Source of the DNA: Candidatus Multivoradales bacterium
Lineage (GTDB): Bacteria > Acidobacteriota > Thermoanaerobaculia > Multivoradales > Multivoraceae
Reading direction: 5' to 3'
NCBI GenBank assembly: GCA_965223325.1
Contig: CBDCWI010000002.1
Span: 2,368,001 to 2,432,000, forward strand
Length of the DNA: 64,000 nt
The position numbers were made by a program, and so were the translations under genes. The notes under the pieces are model-generated. The model saw only the letters and a list, made by a program, of their open reading frames with translations. It had not been told where the DNA came from and did no database searches. Below, one piece after another: positions 28,624 through 38,570 of this stretch (positions are counted from its first letter, which is position 1; each line of letters opens with the position of its first letter).

Positions 28624-29883
28624 CTACCTTGCTCCGCGACCCGGTTCCCCCGTGACTGGCGCCTGCCCAGCAATCACCCGACGCTTCATGGCCGCTCGAA
28701 CGAATCCGCTGGTCAGGCGACGAAACCAGCTCGACCTCTGGGTGTTCGCGGCGCCGTGAAAGGCCTCGACGCCGAGACCTGGCCGAATGTCCTCGGTGAG
28801 CTGCAAGACGACATCGTCGAGGGGAATTCCGGTGGCGTCGGCAATCCGAACCATGCGCTGGAAGTTGCCAACGACACACACCGCGTCGACCATGGCTTCG
28901 ACCCCAAGGTCCTCGACGACGCGCTGCCGCGCCTTCTCGATTCGGCATCGCTCGGCTCCGACCACTGCCTCGGCGAGCTCAATAAGCGCCTCTCCATGTG
29001 CGACGCCGCTTCCGACTTCGTTGCCTCTGGAAACGGCCGTCACATCAACTGCAGTGTCGCCGCCTTGCGGAACCGGAGTGCCTTCCGAGCCGGGGGTGAA
29101 GGTGCTCGCACGGAGCATCATGGCGTGTGAAGTCGTTCAGTAGAAGCACTCGTTGAGAGCCGATACCCTGCCCGCAATCAGTTCGATCTGGCTGCGATCA
29201 ATCGCGCGATACTTTCCGGCAAAGTCCATCATCTGAACCGGCGTCAGGTAGTGCGCCGCGCTCAGATCGAGCAACGCCCGCACCTCGTCGGGAACCAGGC
29301 TCAAGGCTCGAAGCACATTGCCGGTACGCCGCCCGCCGTACAGGTCGCGGTTCTCCTCGTCCAGGTTCTCGGGCCGAATCATCGGGACCCAGGCTTGCTC
29401 CATCTTCGCCCCTGGCGGCGGCACGCGACGCGGCTCGCCAGCTTGTGGCACTGGCAAAGGCTCGAGCTCGGCCCCGAGGCCGATGTGGACGAAATCAATC
29501 GAGATCGTCTGCGTGGCGACTCCGATGAGCTCGACGTACTGCTCCACCGAGAAGTCGCTGCTCGAAGTCAGCTCCTCGACCCACTCTCGCGACAGGCGTG
29601 CCGTATCCGTCGTGATGCGATGGACTGCTTCGACCGCCTCTTCAGGCAGCACGCCCGTCGTCTGGTGGGTACCTTCGACACCGAAGGGCGACAGCGCCCC
29701 CTTCCGGCGTTGGCAGAACTCACAACCGCGCGCCAATCTCGTCTCGGCCGCAATCGCAACCCTCTCGGCGCCAGTCCACCAGCCGCCAGGCCGCGCGATC
29801 CGCTCAAAGGCGCGCCGATGCCCCTCAACCAGGTCGTCACGCAAACCATGCGTCAGAGTCGCGTACCGAAAGGCAGGCGTCAT
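28624..29883 (-). CDS. Alkylhydroperoxidase (AhpD/CMD)-related selenoprotein, UGA at 29139-29137 (419 aa on readthrough)
   Basis: ELIAGRVSALNECFY-UGA-TTSHAMMLRAS is in frame with the 28624-29121 ORF; CxxU...H mirrors the AhpD CxxC...H motif. Confidence 0.85.
29103..29117 (-). promoter_or_regulatory. Putative SECIS hairpin
   Basis: UGCUC-CGUGC-GAGCA at +20 to +34 from the UGA. Confidence 0.6.
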
Positions 29884-29951
29884 CCGCGCACCCTACTACG
29901 AGCACAACCACGATCTCTTCTCATCGAGCCACCACCACTCGGCCCGATCCT

Positions 29952-32279
29952 CTACGGCAGACCGAGATCTCGACGGATCGCAGAAAAGTCAAACCGGGTC
30001 CCCTCGGGCTGGCTGGCCTCGTCGAACTCCATCTGCTGGAGTAGGCGGTCAACCTTCTCTCTACCGCCCGGTTGGGCGACGGCCTCACGCGCCGACCGCC
30101 CGCCAAGCGCCGGCAAGGCTGCGTCCGCCCAGCCGGCGTAGAGTTCTGACTTCGTGTCGCGCAGGGTTTTCTGAAGCTCCGGCGTGAGCTCCGCCGGCTC
30201 CGGGATTCCGCTGGGTGCTCCGCGTGCCCCGCTAGCTAGCGGACCGACTTCCGAGAGTGGATCGGCGAGCTCGCGCATGCGATGGCGAATCAGCTCCCCG
30301 CACGCCGCCTCGACGCGGCTCCTCAGTGCATCGGCGCGTTCCACCGCATGGGACTCGACGGTGAGCGTGCGCGCACCGAGGCGCGCCGAGCCGATGAACC
30401 GTCTCCCAAGCGGCGGATTCTTTCCTTCGGCCGGCTCGAGGAACACGAAGTGGCTGTCGCCCTTGTCTTCTGCCGAGTCCGTGTCGTCGGCTATCGAACG
30501 AACGGCAAGAGCGACCTTCTCGCGCTGCCTGGCCTTGAAATCGAAGTGGTCCGAGACGAACAGCATCTCCTGGCCATCCATGGTCTGAAGCGACTCCGGG
30601 CGCCAGGCCAGTGCCTCCTCCACCCCTTCCAGCCATAGCTCGACCAGGCGGCGGGAAACGCGTGCGTCGCGGAGGCGCTCAATCGGAACCTGGCGCTTTC
30701 TTCGCAGGTACTTCCTGGCGCGCGCAACGACCTCCTGGCCACGATCGGGCCCGAGCGGCTGTGGATGTGCTCCACACAGAAGCGACATCCCTTCGTAATC
30801 GACGATGCGCCCGAGAAGGATCGCATGGCGATCGACGCCCCTGGACGCTTCCTTGTCGCGCACTCGGCGCGACTCGCCAGTGAGTAGGTCCGTCATCTCG
30901 AGCCACTCTCCGGCCTCGGTGCCCGTGACTTGCCACAGCGAAAGCCAGGCCCTCGTCTGCGCTTCTAGCCAACTGCGATCGGCCGGCTCGATGTCCTGGA
31001 CCTCATCCAGGTAGTGCTCAACGACTCGCTTCTGACCGACAACACACTCGTAGACCATCCAGGGCCGCGCAAGAGCAACCATTTCGGCCGGACTAGCCGA
31101 GAATAGGCGCAGCTGCTTCGACCAGCGCCGACCGAACCGTTCTTCGGCAAACATCAGCATCTCATCAACGATGAGCCGGTCCAGGTGGTGGCGCACGATC
31201 GCCTCATCTTCTTCGAAGAGAATGAAGGATTCATACGGCATGGTGACGCGCACCACGCGATCCTGGTCGTCAGCGATCGACATCGAAACGGGCTCGCCGT
31301 CTTTCTCGACCCGCTGCGCCCCCGCCTGGACAAAGAACCCGGCCAGGGCATAGGCGCAGCGCGTGACCAGCTCCAGCGCTTCACGGGCGACGGGAGCGTA
31401 GCCAGCCGGGCTCTTCGTCAGAGCGAGCGGGTACGCACCGGCACTGGCGACCGCCCAGCCGTGGCTCGCCACCTCCCGGCGCATCGACGCCGGAAGCTCC
31501 TTGCCCTCCTGAAACAGCACGCAGAAATGCGAAGCCGCAAAATCCTCGAGTTCCGGCTCGTTCTGCGCGTCGAGCACACTCTCGTAGTCCAGGTCCGATC
31601 GAAAGAGCAGAAAACCAGCCCGCGGATCACCGGTGAGAACCAGGGCACAGAGCCCCTCGAGTTCCAGATCGTCGATGTCGAGACGTAGAGTCTCACCAGG
31701 CTGCGGAATGTCCCAGGGCGCAACAGTGTGCAGGTAGTGCATGGCGTCGAAAAAGTCGGCCAGGTGCGAAGCCTCGATGTCGGCAAAAAGGTAGGTGTCA
31801 GGAAGACGACCTCCACCGACCCCTTCTTCGCTGAACCTCTCCGCCATCAACTGCAGAATGTCGTCGATCTCGGGCGTTGGGGCCACGACAACCGTTACAT
31901 TCGGCCCCAGTACTTCTTGCACCGTGTTCTGGATCGAAGGGCTCTGGACGCGCACCACGCTGGGCCGATGGCGCATCCCTCCCGCGGTACTCGTTCTGGC
32001 CTCCGCCAGCGCCTCTTTCACCAGGCCTTCCTCACCGGGTCGGGCGATCGCCTGGCCAAGCACCAGGTCGAAGTCGGTGCTCACGACCATGCAGATCTCG
32101 GGCTGATACGAGTCAGCCCCGCTCCCGACCCTTCCAGGCCCACTCCCACAGCCCACCACCCACTCGCTGCGAACAGCATCTCTAGTTGACGGCCCCTTCT
32201 TCTTACGCCTGCTTCGGCGCTTCTGCTGCCGCTTGCGCTGGCGTTGCTGCCGGCGATTCTCTTTCGACTTCTTACCCAT
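29952..32279 (-). CDS. Multidomain hypothetical protein with basic N-terminus and C-terminal MbcA/Xre/ParS-like segment
   Basis: 775-aa ORF; WADAALPALGGRSAREAV C-terminal motif; AGGAG RBS. Confidence 0.7.
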   Translation of the reverse strand: MGKKSKENRRQQRQRKRQQKRRSRRKKKGPSTRDAVRSEWVVGCGSGPGRVGSGADSYQPEICMVVSTDFDLVLGQAIARPGEEGLVKEALAEARTSTAGGMRHRPSVVRVQSPSIQNTVQEVLGPNVTVVVAPTPEIDDILQLMAERFSEEGVGGGRLPDTYLFADIEASHLADFFDAMHYLHTVAPWDIPQPGETLRLDIDDLELEGLCALVLTGDPRAGFLLFRSDLDYESVLDAQNEPELEDFAASHFCVLFQEGKELPASMRREVASHGWAVASAGAYPLALTKSPAGYAPVAREALELVTRCAYALAGFFVQAGAQRVEKDGEPVSMSIADDQDRVVRVTMPYESFILFEEDEAIVRHHLDRLIVDEMLMFAEERFGRRWSKQLRLFSASPAEMVALARPWMVYECVVGQKRVVEHYLDEVQDIEPADRSWLEAQTRAWLSLWQVTGTEAGEWLEMTDLLTGESRRVRDKEASRGVDRHAILLGRIVDYEGMSLLCGAHPQPLGPDRGQEVVARARKYLRRKRQVPIERLRDARVSRRLVELWLEGVEEALAWRPESLQTMDGQEMLFVSDHFDFKARQREKVALAVRSIADDTDSAEDKGDSHFVFLEPAEGKNPPLGRRFIGSARLGARTLTVESHAVERADALRSRVEAACGELIRHRMRELADPLSEVGPLASGARGAPSGIPEPAELTPELQKTLRDTKSELYAGWADAALPALGGRSAREAVAQPGGREKVDRLLQQMEFDEASQPEGTRFDFSAIRRDLGLP

Positions 32280-32293
32280 TTTTTGAGCTCCTA

Positions 32294-32911
32294 CTACCCA
32301 TCGCCCTTCTCCCGGCCACCGCTGCTCCCGGCCCGCGGCTGCACGGCAAGGTCATCAGCTTCGTTGCAGTAGCGAATGGACTCGTGGAGGGGATGCCCTT
32401 CGCCGCGTGCGAAACGTTCTTTGGGCGGCCGAGGGTTGTGCGGGAAGGCAATGGTGTTCAGGAGCGCATCAACGTCAAAGCCAACCTCAGCCTCCTCGCC
32501 AGGAACCCGCAACATTGCCACGTAGTAGTAGCTGGGAGAGTCCAGAGGGTTGTCCTTCTTGATGATCTCGTCGACCTGAAACCGGGTGCCTGGCGGAAAA
32601 TGAGCCAGCAGAGTTCTCCCTCCCCCGACCGCCTTGTTGGGTTCAAAGTCTTCTGGAGACCTGGGACCGCCATTGTGCCCGGGCCTGGTCAGAGACCCCT
32701 TCATGACGATCCTAGACTCGCCGCCGGTCGATGGGGGATGAATAGCGTACAGGTCGACCTGTGCTTCGAGGCACTTGCCAACGATGAAGTCGAACATCTC
32801 GTTGTCTGCGACGAAGGTGCCTCCGGGATGAACGTTCGGATCCCTCCGCTCGCGGCAGCCCAGCGCGGCCAGGGAAAGCAAGGCGAGGATCATGAAGCGG
32901 CGCATCGACAC
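32294..32911 (-). CDS. Hypothetical lipoprotein (candidate immunity protein)
   Basis: MRRFMILALLSLAALGC lipobox; 12 bp downstream of the hydrolase gene. Confidence 0.72.
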   Translation of the reverse strand: MSMRRFMILALLSLAALGCRERRDPNVHPGGTFVADNEMFDFIVGKCLEAQVDLYAIHPPSTGGESRIVMKGSLTRPGHNGGPRSPEDFEPNKAVGGGRTLLAHFPPGTRFQVDEIIKKDNPLDSPSYYYVAMLRVPGEEAEVGFDVDALLNTIAFPHNPRPPKERFARGEGHPLHESIRYCNEADDLAVQPRAGSSGGREKGDG

Positions 32912-32923
32912 AGTGTAGTTCTC

Positions 32924-34882
32924 CTAGTCCTGCTGGCGAAGAGCCCGCGCCAACGTCGCCTGCCAACGGCTCGCGTAGGTCTGCCCAAAGCTCCGTCGTT
33001 CCAGGTAGCCATAGACATCGTGACTGTCCTCGAACTTCCCTGCCCGACCGAAATCGACGAACGTCACCCGATAGTCCGGGTCGGAGTAGAGACCATAGCT
33101 ACCGACACCGGGCAGACCACCACCGAGCGCACCAGGAACGACATCCTGCACGTTCACCATGACCTCGAGAGACCTGAGCCCCGGGGGATAGGTAAAAGCG
33201 GCCCCGCCGAAGGAAACGACTTCGAGCTCAGAAAGCTCTTCGGGGTTCAGTTGGTTCAACGCACTTGATGTAATCGCCGCACCCTGGCTATGAGGAAAGA
33301 GCTGCAGCGGCTTCGTCCTCCTGGGGTCTCTCAGGCGCTCGCGAATCGTCTCCACCAGGAGGGCAGTCGACGTATCCACGAGGTTGAGCTTGTTGAGACC
33401 GACCTGCGCTCCGTCGTATAGGAAGTTCTGCGTCGGGTTGTACACCGGTGTCAGGCTACCGCCGAGAAACTTCTGCACATCCTTAGCGATCTCCGACGCT
33501 CGCTCCTCGCTGTTGAGGATCCCGTTGATGAACAGCGCCCGGTTCGGATCATCTTGATCACCAAGAGTCTGTAGCAACTTCGCGCGAGCACTGTAGTCCG
33601 GCGCGTACGACCTGTGTGGATTCGCCTCGTCCAGCTCGCGATTCGCCTCGATCTCTCTTTCGCTGACGAAATCGTCATCACCCACCAGCGTCAAGAGCGC
33701 AGCCGCGCCTGGCCCTTCTCCCCGCAGAGTCCAGCCAACGTACTCACCAGTCAGCTGTGCGGTTGCCTCCTCCATTGCCGCAATGCCATCAGTGACCTGC
33801 TGCGCACCGGCAGCCAGGCCGCGCTCGACTCTTCGAACCGACTCGCTGGCCTGGTAGGCAGCTGGTGAGACGCGAAGGAAGTCGTTGATCTGGGCGGCAT
33901 CGCTCGTCGCGCGCTCGGCGTCTCGACTCCACGAGCCAGTCGCCACATCATCTTCGCCACCTGAGAGTTCGCCACCTGAGAGAACGTCGCGCACCGCGCC
34001 ACCGACCCAACGCCCGGCCTTCTCCAGGTTGTAGTCGACGCCACCCTTCATCTGCTCTGTCCAGACCACGAAGTCCATCGCGCTACCGAGGAGCCGGCCA
34101 CCACTGGAGCCGTAGAGGCTGTCGCCAACACGCTCGATACCGTGGTCCAGCATGTCGTCTGCGAACGGACCGTCTTCCCTGTGGACATCCCAGATGACCT
34201 CGCCGGCCTCGATTGCAGCCTGCTGGACTTCCAGGCCGGTGGTGACAATCGACACCGCGGCGCCAACCGCGGCCTGTCGTGTGGCCGCTGCGGCCTCCAC
34301 CAGAAGACGGGCTTGCTCCGCCTCCTCTGCGACCCACGCCTCTCCGGCTGAGGAGGCAACCGCCACAGCGGTCTCTGCCTGGCGGGCAAACTCCTCGAAA
34401 GCCACGACCGTGCCGTCGCGCGCCTCGACGATCTCGCCCTCCAGAACCTCGGCGCGTTCGCCCAACCAATCTGCCCCGGCGTCGATCGCCTCATCGATTT
34501 CGTTCGCCATGGCGTCGAAACCCTCACGCACGGAAGCAGCGCCAACTTCAAAACTCTCCTGCAGGCCTTCCCAGGTGGTTGCGAACCGGTCAGAAACCTC
34601 CGTCCCGAAACCTGCCGCTACCTCGCCAACCACGCCAAGCCCATCGGAGACCACCTCGGCCGCCTCGGAGAAGGAGTCTGCAGCACCGTTCCACCACTTG
34701 GAGAACAAGCCCTCATCAGCAGGGACCTGTTCATAACTCTCGGTGAGAAAATTCTCGGTCTCGAACAACCCCTCGGAGCCTCCCAGGCTAGTCCCCGAAG
34801 AATCGAAACCCTCGTCGGAATCGACCCCATCGGTCGTAGGAGTCGTGTAGTTGAACCAGGTCGATGGGTTCCAGAAGGACAT
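32924..34882 (-). CDS. Hypothetical protein with helical N-terminus and C-terminal alpha/beta-hydrolase (lipase-like) domain
   Basis: FINGILNS, PVYNPT, PHSQGA nucleophile elbow, DVV acid, SH catalytic His; GGAG RBS. Confidence 0.75.
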   Translation of the reverse strand: MSFWNPSTWFNYTTPTTDGVDSDEGFDSSGTSLGGSEGLFETENFLTESYEQVPADEGLFSKWWNGAADSFSEAAEVVSDGLGVVGEVAAGFGTEVSDRFATTWEGLQESFEVGAASVREGFDAMANEIDEAIDAGADWLGERAEVLEGEIVEARDGTVVAFEEFARQAETAVAVASSAGEAWVAEEAEQARLLVEAAAATRQAAVGAAVSIVTTGLEVQQAAIEAGEVIWDVHREDGPFADDMLDHGIERVGDSLYGSSGGRLLGSAMDFVVWTEQMKGGVDYNLEKAGRWVGGAVRDVLSGGELSGGEDDVATGSWSRDAERATSDAAQINDFLRVSPAAYQASESVRRVERGLAAGAQQVTDGIAAMEEATAQLTGEYVGWTLRGEGPGAAALLTLVGDDDFVSEREIEANRELDEANPHRSYAPDYSARAKLLQTLGDQDDPNRALFINGILNSEERASEIAKDVQKFLGGSLTPVYNPTQNFLYDGAQVGLNKLNLVDTSTALLVETIRERLRDPRRTKPLQLFPHSQGAAITSSALNQLNPEELSELEVVSFGGAAFTYPPGLRSLEVMVNVQDVVPGALGGGLPGVGSYGLYSDPDYRVTFVDFGRAGKFEDSHDVYGYLERRSFGQTYASRWQATLARALRQQD

Positions 34883-35006
34883 GGAAATCTCCGAAGGTCT
34901 TGAACGTCTGAGTCACCAAGACCTTCCTTGCGGAGATTCAGCTATTTGTTACAAGTGGCCGTCAAACTCAACCCACCTCGTCCCCTGCCCTCCGCCTGGG
35001 CCGCCC

Positions 35007-35109
35007 TCAGCCGTCCCACACTTTCCGCACCTTCACACGCGGCTCCACCTTGCTCACCAGACCGTCAATCGCCATCTCGAGGTTCAGGCGATCGCCGTTC
35101 CACAGCGGC
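35007..35109 (-). pseudogene. 3' remnant of a second DUF222-HNH gene
   Basis: PLWNGDRLNLEMAIDGLVSKVEPR aligns with PLWNGDRLDLGMAIDGLVGKVEPR at the C-terminus of 37042-38532. Confidence 0.85.
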
Positions 35110-35900
35110 TGGGACCAGGTGGACGGGATCAAGCAACGTGCGGTGAAGCGTGGTCTTGCTCGTCGCGAGCTCTCGGTTCCCGAGCACATCGGAATCGACG
35201 AGACGTCGTTTCAGAAGCGCCACGAGTACGTGACCGTGGTCGCCGACACGCAGGCGGACGTCGTCCAGTGGGTGAGCGATGGTCGCGGGAAGGAGTCGCT
35301 GGCTTCCTACTTCGACTGCTTCGAAGAGGCCGATCTGCAAGGGATCTCGAGCGCCACCATGGACATGTGGCCGCCCTTCATCCACACCACGCTCGAGCAT
35401 GTGCCCGACGCGGCTCAGAAGATCGCGTTCGACCGTCGGCAACCGACTCTGGCTCTACCATCCCGAGAAGCTGGCCGGGCGAGCCTCGGAGTCGCGCCTG
35501 CTCGACTTCGACCGCCTGCTTCGTCGCTCGCTGCGAACCGCTCGGGCCTGGCGTCTCAAAGAGCTCCTGATGGAGATCTGGGACATCCGCGATCGCGAGG
35601 CTGCCCGCAGCTTCTTCGACCGCTGGTACTCTTGGGCGATCCGATCACGCTTGGCTCCGATGAAGCGCGTCGCCCAGATGGTCAAGCGACACCTCGATGG
35701 TGTGCTGAACGCCATCGTTCTTGGCGTCACCAACGCCAAGGTCGAAGGCTTCAACACCAAGATCCGGTGGCTCAAGCGATCAGCACGTGGCTACAGAAAC
35801 CGGGACCGATTCCGAACTGACACGAACTGACATCTACTTCCACCTCCGCGGGCTCGACCTCAGGCCTCATGCACTTGCCCACCACGATTCCTGAAGAGCC
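35110..35900 (+). mobile_element. Truncated, frameshifted ISL3-family insertion sequence
   Basis: WDQVDGI, IGIDETSF, TMDMWPPF, IAFDR, TNAKVEGFNTKI, ARGYRN; right end reads GGCTCTTC on the minus strand at 35900; left end missing. Confidence 0.92.
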
Positions 35901-35904
35901 CGCA

Positions 35905-36897
35905 ATGAACACGGCCAGACACTCGCTACTCCCGGGACTGCTCCTGATGAGCTGGCTCCTCGCCACTTCAGTCTGGGGCGGCGAACGAACCTTCCAGGGT
36001 GGTGGCGCGCCGTGGCAAGGGCTCGGCGGGGGTACGGCTCATAAGCCACTCTGGACTCGGCCGCCGGTTGGCGACCTTCCGGCCGGCACTGCGCTCTACG
36101 AGCAGACCTCTTTTTACGTCAGCGAGAGCGGGACCTACACCTTTCGCAACGTGGTCGACTCGTACACGGAAGTACCCGAGCCGTTTCCCCGGGCCTTCTA
36201 CCTGTACACCTATCGGTTCGACTCGGCGGAACCCACGCGAGACTTGCTGGCTACGGTTGACGCGTCCGATGGAAGAGACGTCACCGCAGAGTTCATGCTG
36301 TTGGCAAACAACATCTACATCATCGTTCTCTCAACGATCGGCGAAACCCAGACTCCGAACGCTGATGATGTGTTCCCGACTGTCTACTCGACGTTCTCCG
36401 GGCCGGGCGACATTCTGAGCAACTGGTGCAGGTTTGTAGACGACTACTGGTTTGAGGACGGGAGTGGAAATCGCTGGTCGTACGAGGCCCCCATGGCCTT
36501 TCGCAACGGAGCCGAGGAGCTGTGCGTGGCTGCTGGCTGGAAAGACAGGGACGGCGAGTGGCATGAGGCCCGGGTGGCACCACAGCGGACCCGTGACTCG
36601 GTCCACTTCTACTTCTTCAACGAGGACAACTGGGAGATCCACGCCAAGCTTCTGAATGCGTGCAAGATCAACAACCGCTTCTGGTTTCTCGTCTCGGCCT
36701 CGACGGACGTCGAGTTCTGGATCTCGCTGTGGTGGCTGGGGATGGATGCTCGACCCTCGCCGAGCAGTGCGGCCTTTCGCCCGTGGGATCCCAGCAATCC
36801 CGTCTCACAGGGCTACCTGATCTACCGCCATGACGGTGACGGGCCCGCACGATCGATTGTCGACACGGACTCGGTTCTGTGCTCCGAGAGTGAGTAG
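35905..36897 (+). CDS. Secreted hypothetical protein with a DS..FYFF...NWE...K.L..C..N..FW domain
   Basis: Signal peptide MNTARHSLLPGLLLMSWLLATSVWG; conserved-looking C-terminal module. Confidence 0.75.
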   Translation: MNTARHSLLPGLLLMSWLLATSVWGGERTFQGGGAPWQGLGGGTAHKPLWTRPPVGDLPAGTALYEQTSFYVSESGTYTFRNVVDSYTEVPEPFPRAFYLYTYRFDSAEPTRDLLATVDASDGRDVTAEFMLLANNIYIIVLSTIGETQTPNADDVFPTVYSTFSGPGDILSNWCRFVDDYWFEDGSGNRWSYEAPMAFRNGAEELCVAAGWKDRDGEWHEARVAPQRTRDSVHFYFFNEDNWEIHAKLLNACKINNRFWFLVSASTDVEFWISLWWLGMDARPSPSSAAFRPWDPSNPVSQGYLIYRHDGDGPARSIVDTDSVLCSESE

Positions 36898-37041
36898 GCC
36901 GTTCGTTGCTGGGTCGGATTGTTCGGTCCCGCGGAACCTTGCCGGCATGACCTGGGCGTCAGAGCATCGAATTCTCTGAACGAAGCGGCCGATCGTGTGG
37001 CTCAGTGGAGTTCGGCCACCGCGAACACCTCTACCTCGCTC

Positions 37042-38532
37042 TCAGCCCTTTCGGGCTCGTCGAGCTCTCTTCCGCGGCTCCACCTTCCCTACCAGGCCAT
37101 CAATCGCCATGCCGAGATCCAAACGATCGCCATTCCACAGCGGCATCGTGTAGCGGTCGATGTGGTGGCCACAGCGCAGGTTGTCGCGACACAGCCGACC
37201 CACGCCACCTCCATCCACCGCAGCGACCGGCGGTGAACTCGGGATCAACTGGCCGTTGGGCCGGTAGAAACTGGCCTGGCCTCCCGAGAATCCCATCGAG
37301 AAGCCGCCTTCGTGGAGGGCACGGTGGTGGAAGCGGCAGAGAAGCACCAGGTTGTCGAGAGACGTCGCACCGCCGTCGGCCCAATGCTCAATGTGATGGG
37401 CCTCGCAGTGCTTCACACCACAACCCGGGAAACAACAGCCGCCATCGCGATGCTCGAGTGCGCGCCGGATCGCCGGTGGAACCGTACGCCGCTTCCGACC
37501 GACATCCAGAACCGAACCGTCAACCCCATGACGCATTTCGACAACGCCGGCGTCGCACGCCAACCGTCGCGACGTTTCCGCGGAAACGCCGGGACCGTTC
37601 TCGATGGTCGACTGGCCGTCGGAACAGCTGGCAAGCACCGGCTCGTCGACGTGCACCACCACCTGGTAGCGGCCAGCCCGCGCCGGCGCACTCTCTGATG
37701 CACGCGCCGACGCGCCACCGCTCAAAGCCCACTCCGCGACCACACCCAGCGCATCAGCCCGTCGCTGAGCCCGACCGACCCGTTCAACCCGCTCCTCGAA
37801 CGCCTCCTCGCGCTTGCGGTCTTCCTCAAACAACGCGTCGCCTGCCGCTTCGAGCGCCTGCAGGAAAGCCGCACCCACCTCCGGCTCCAAACGCGCCCGC
37901 ACAACCAGCATCCCGTCCTCATCCCAAGACGTCGAAAGCTCGCGCGCCTTGCGCCGCACCTCATCGTGCTCGTTCTCGATACGTCGCGAAACTCGCCGCC
38001 AACTCCTGCATACCCGTTCGAGCTGTGCCGCCGTCATCACCCGCGCATAGCCAACCAGCGTAGCCTCCGTTTCGGGAGCCGCCACCCGGGTGATCGCCCG
38101 CACCTTCGAATACGACAACTCACCGCACTCCATCCCCCCCGCCACCAGCGGCAGCTCCCGCAACCGCCGCGCCACCCTTACCTTCTCCCGCGCCGCACCC
38201 AGCCGCAGCCCAATGCGCCAATTGAGCCAGTGCGCACAGGAGCGCCAGTCAGCCCAGCCGCCACGCTCGTCGAACTCGGCGATCATCACCAACAGTCGAT
38301 AGGAAGCCGCCGTGATCTGCGCAGCCAGGTTGGCAATCTGGTTCCCGAGATCTTCGAGATCGTTCTGGACCCGGTTGGAGCCGAGGGGCTTCGGCATGGG
38401 CGGGTGGCCGAGGCAGAGAGGCGGCTCGGCGGGATGCTCTGGGGCGGGGGCAGAGGACGGTTCGTGGGGAGCAGAAACGAGGCCGGCGGTCCGAGGAATG
38501 AGGGCGGTTTCGGCAGCTTGTGGGTGCGTCAT
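37042..38532 (-). CDS. DUF222 (13E12-like) HNH endonuclease
   Basis: SCAHWLNWR, GELSYSKVRAITR, RRLACDA, RDGGCCFPGC...HHIEHWADGGATSLDNLVLLCRFHH. Confidence 0.93.
   Translation of the reverse strand: MTHPQAAETALIPRTAGLVSAPHEPSSAPAPEHPAEPPLCLGHPPMPKPLGSNRVQNDLEDLGNQIANLAAQITAASYRLLVMIAEFDERGGWADWRSCAHWLNWRIGLRLGAAREKVRVARRLRELPLVAGGMECGELSYSKVRAITRVAAPETEATLVGYARVMTAAQLERVCRSWRRVSRRIENEHDEVRRKARELSTSWDEDGMLVVRARLEPEVGAAFLQALEAAGDALFEEDRKREEAFEERVERVGRAQRRADALGVVAEWALSGGASARASESAPARAGRYQVVVHVDEPVLASCSDGQSTIENGPGVSAETSRRLACDAGVVEMRHGVDGSVLDVGRKRRTVPPAIRRALEHRDGGCCFPGCGVKHCEAHHIEHWADGGATSLDNLVLLCRFHHRALHEGGFSMGFSGGQASFYRPNGQLIPSSPPVAAVDGGGVGRLCRDNLRCGHHIDRYTMPLWNGDRLDLGMAIDGLVGKVEPRKRARRARKG
37573..37588. 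repeat. 16-bp palindrome CGTTTCCGCGGAAACG, copy 1 (intragenic)
   Basis: Exact palindrome, identical to 38657-38672. Confidence 0.9.
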
Positions 38533-38555
38533 GAAAGGCTCCGGCAAGACGTTTC

Positions 38556-38570
38556 TACGTTTTATTTACG
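38556..38570. promoter_or_regulatory. Candidate LexA box TACG-N7-TACG at the HNH promoter
   Basis: Same spaced repeat as at lexA; immediately downstream of a minus-strand TGGACT-17-TATCTT promoter with extended TG. Confidence 0.6.
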
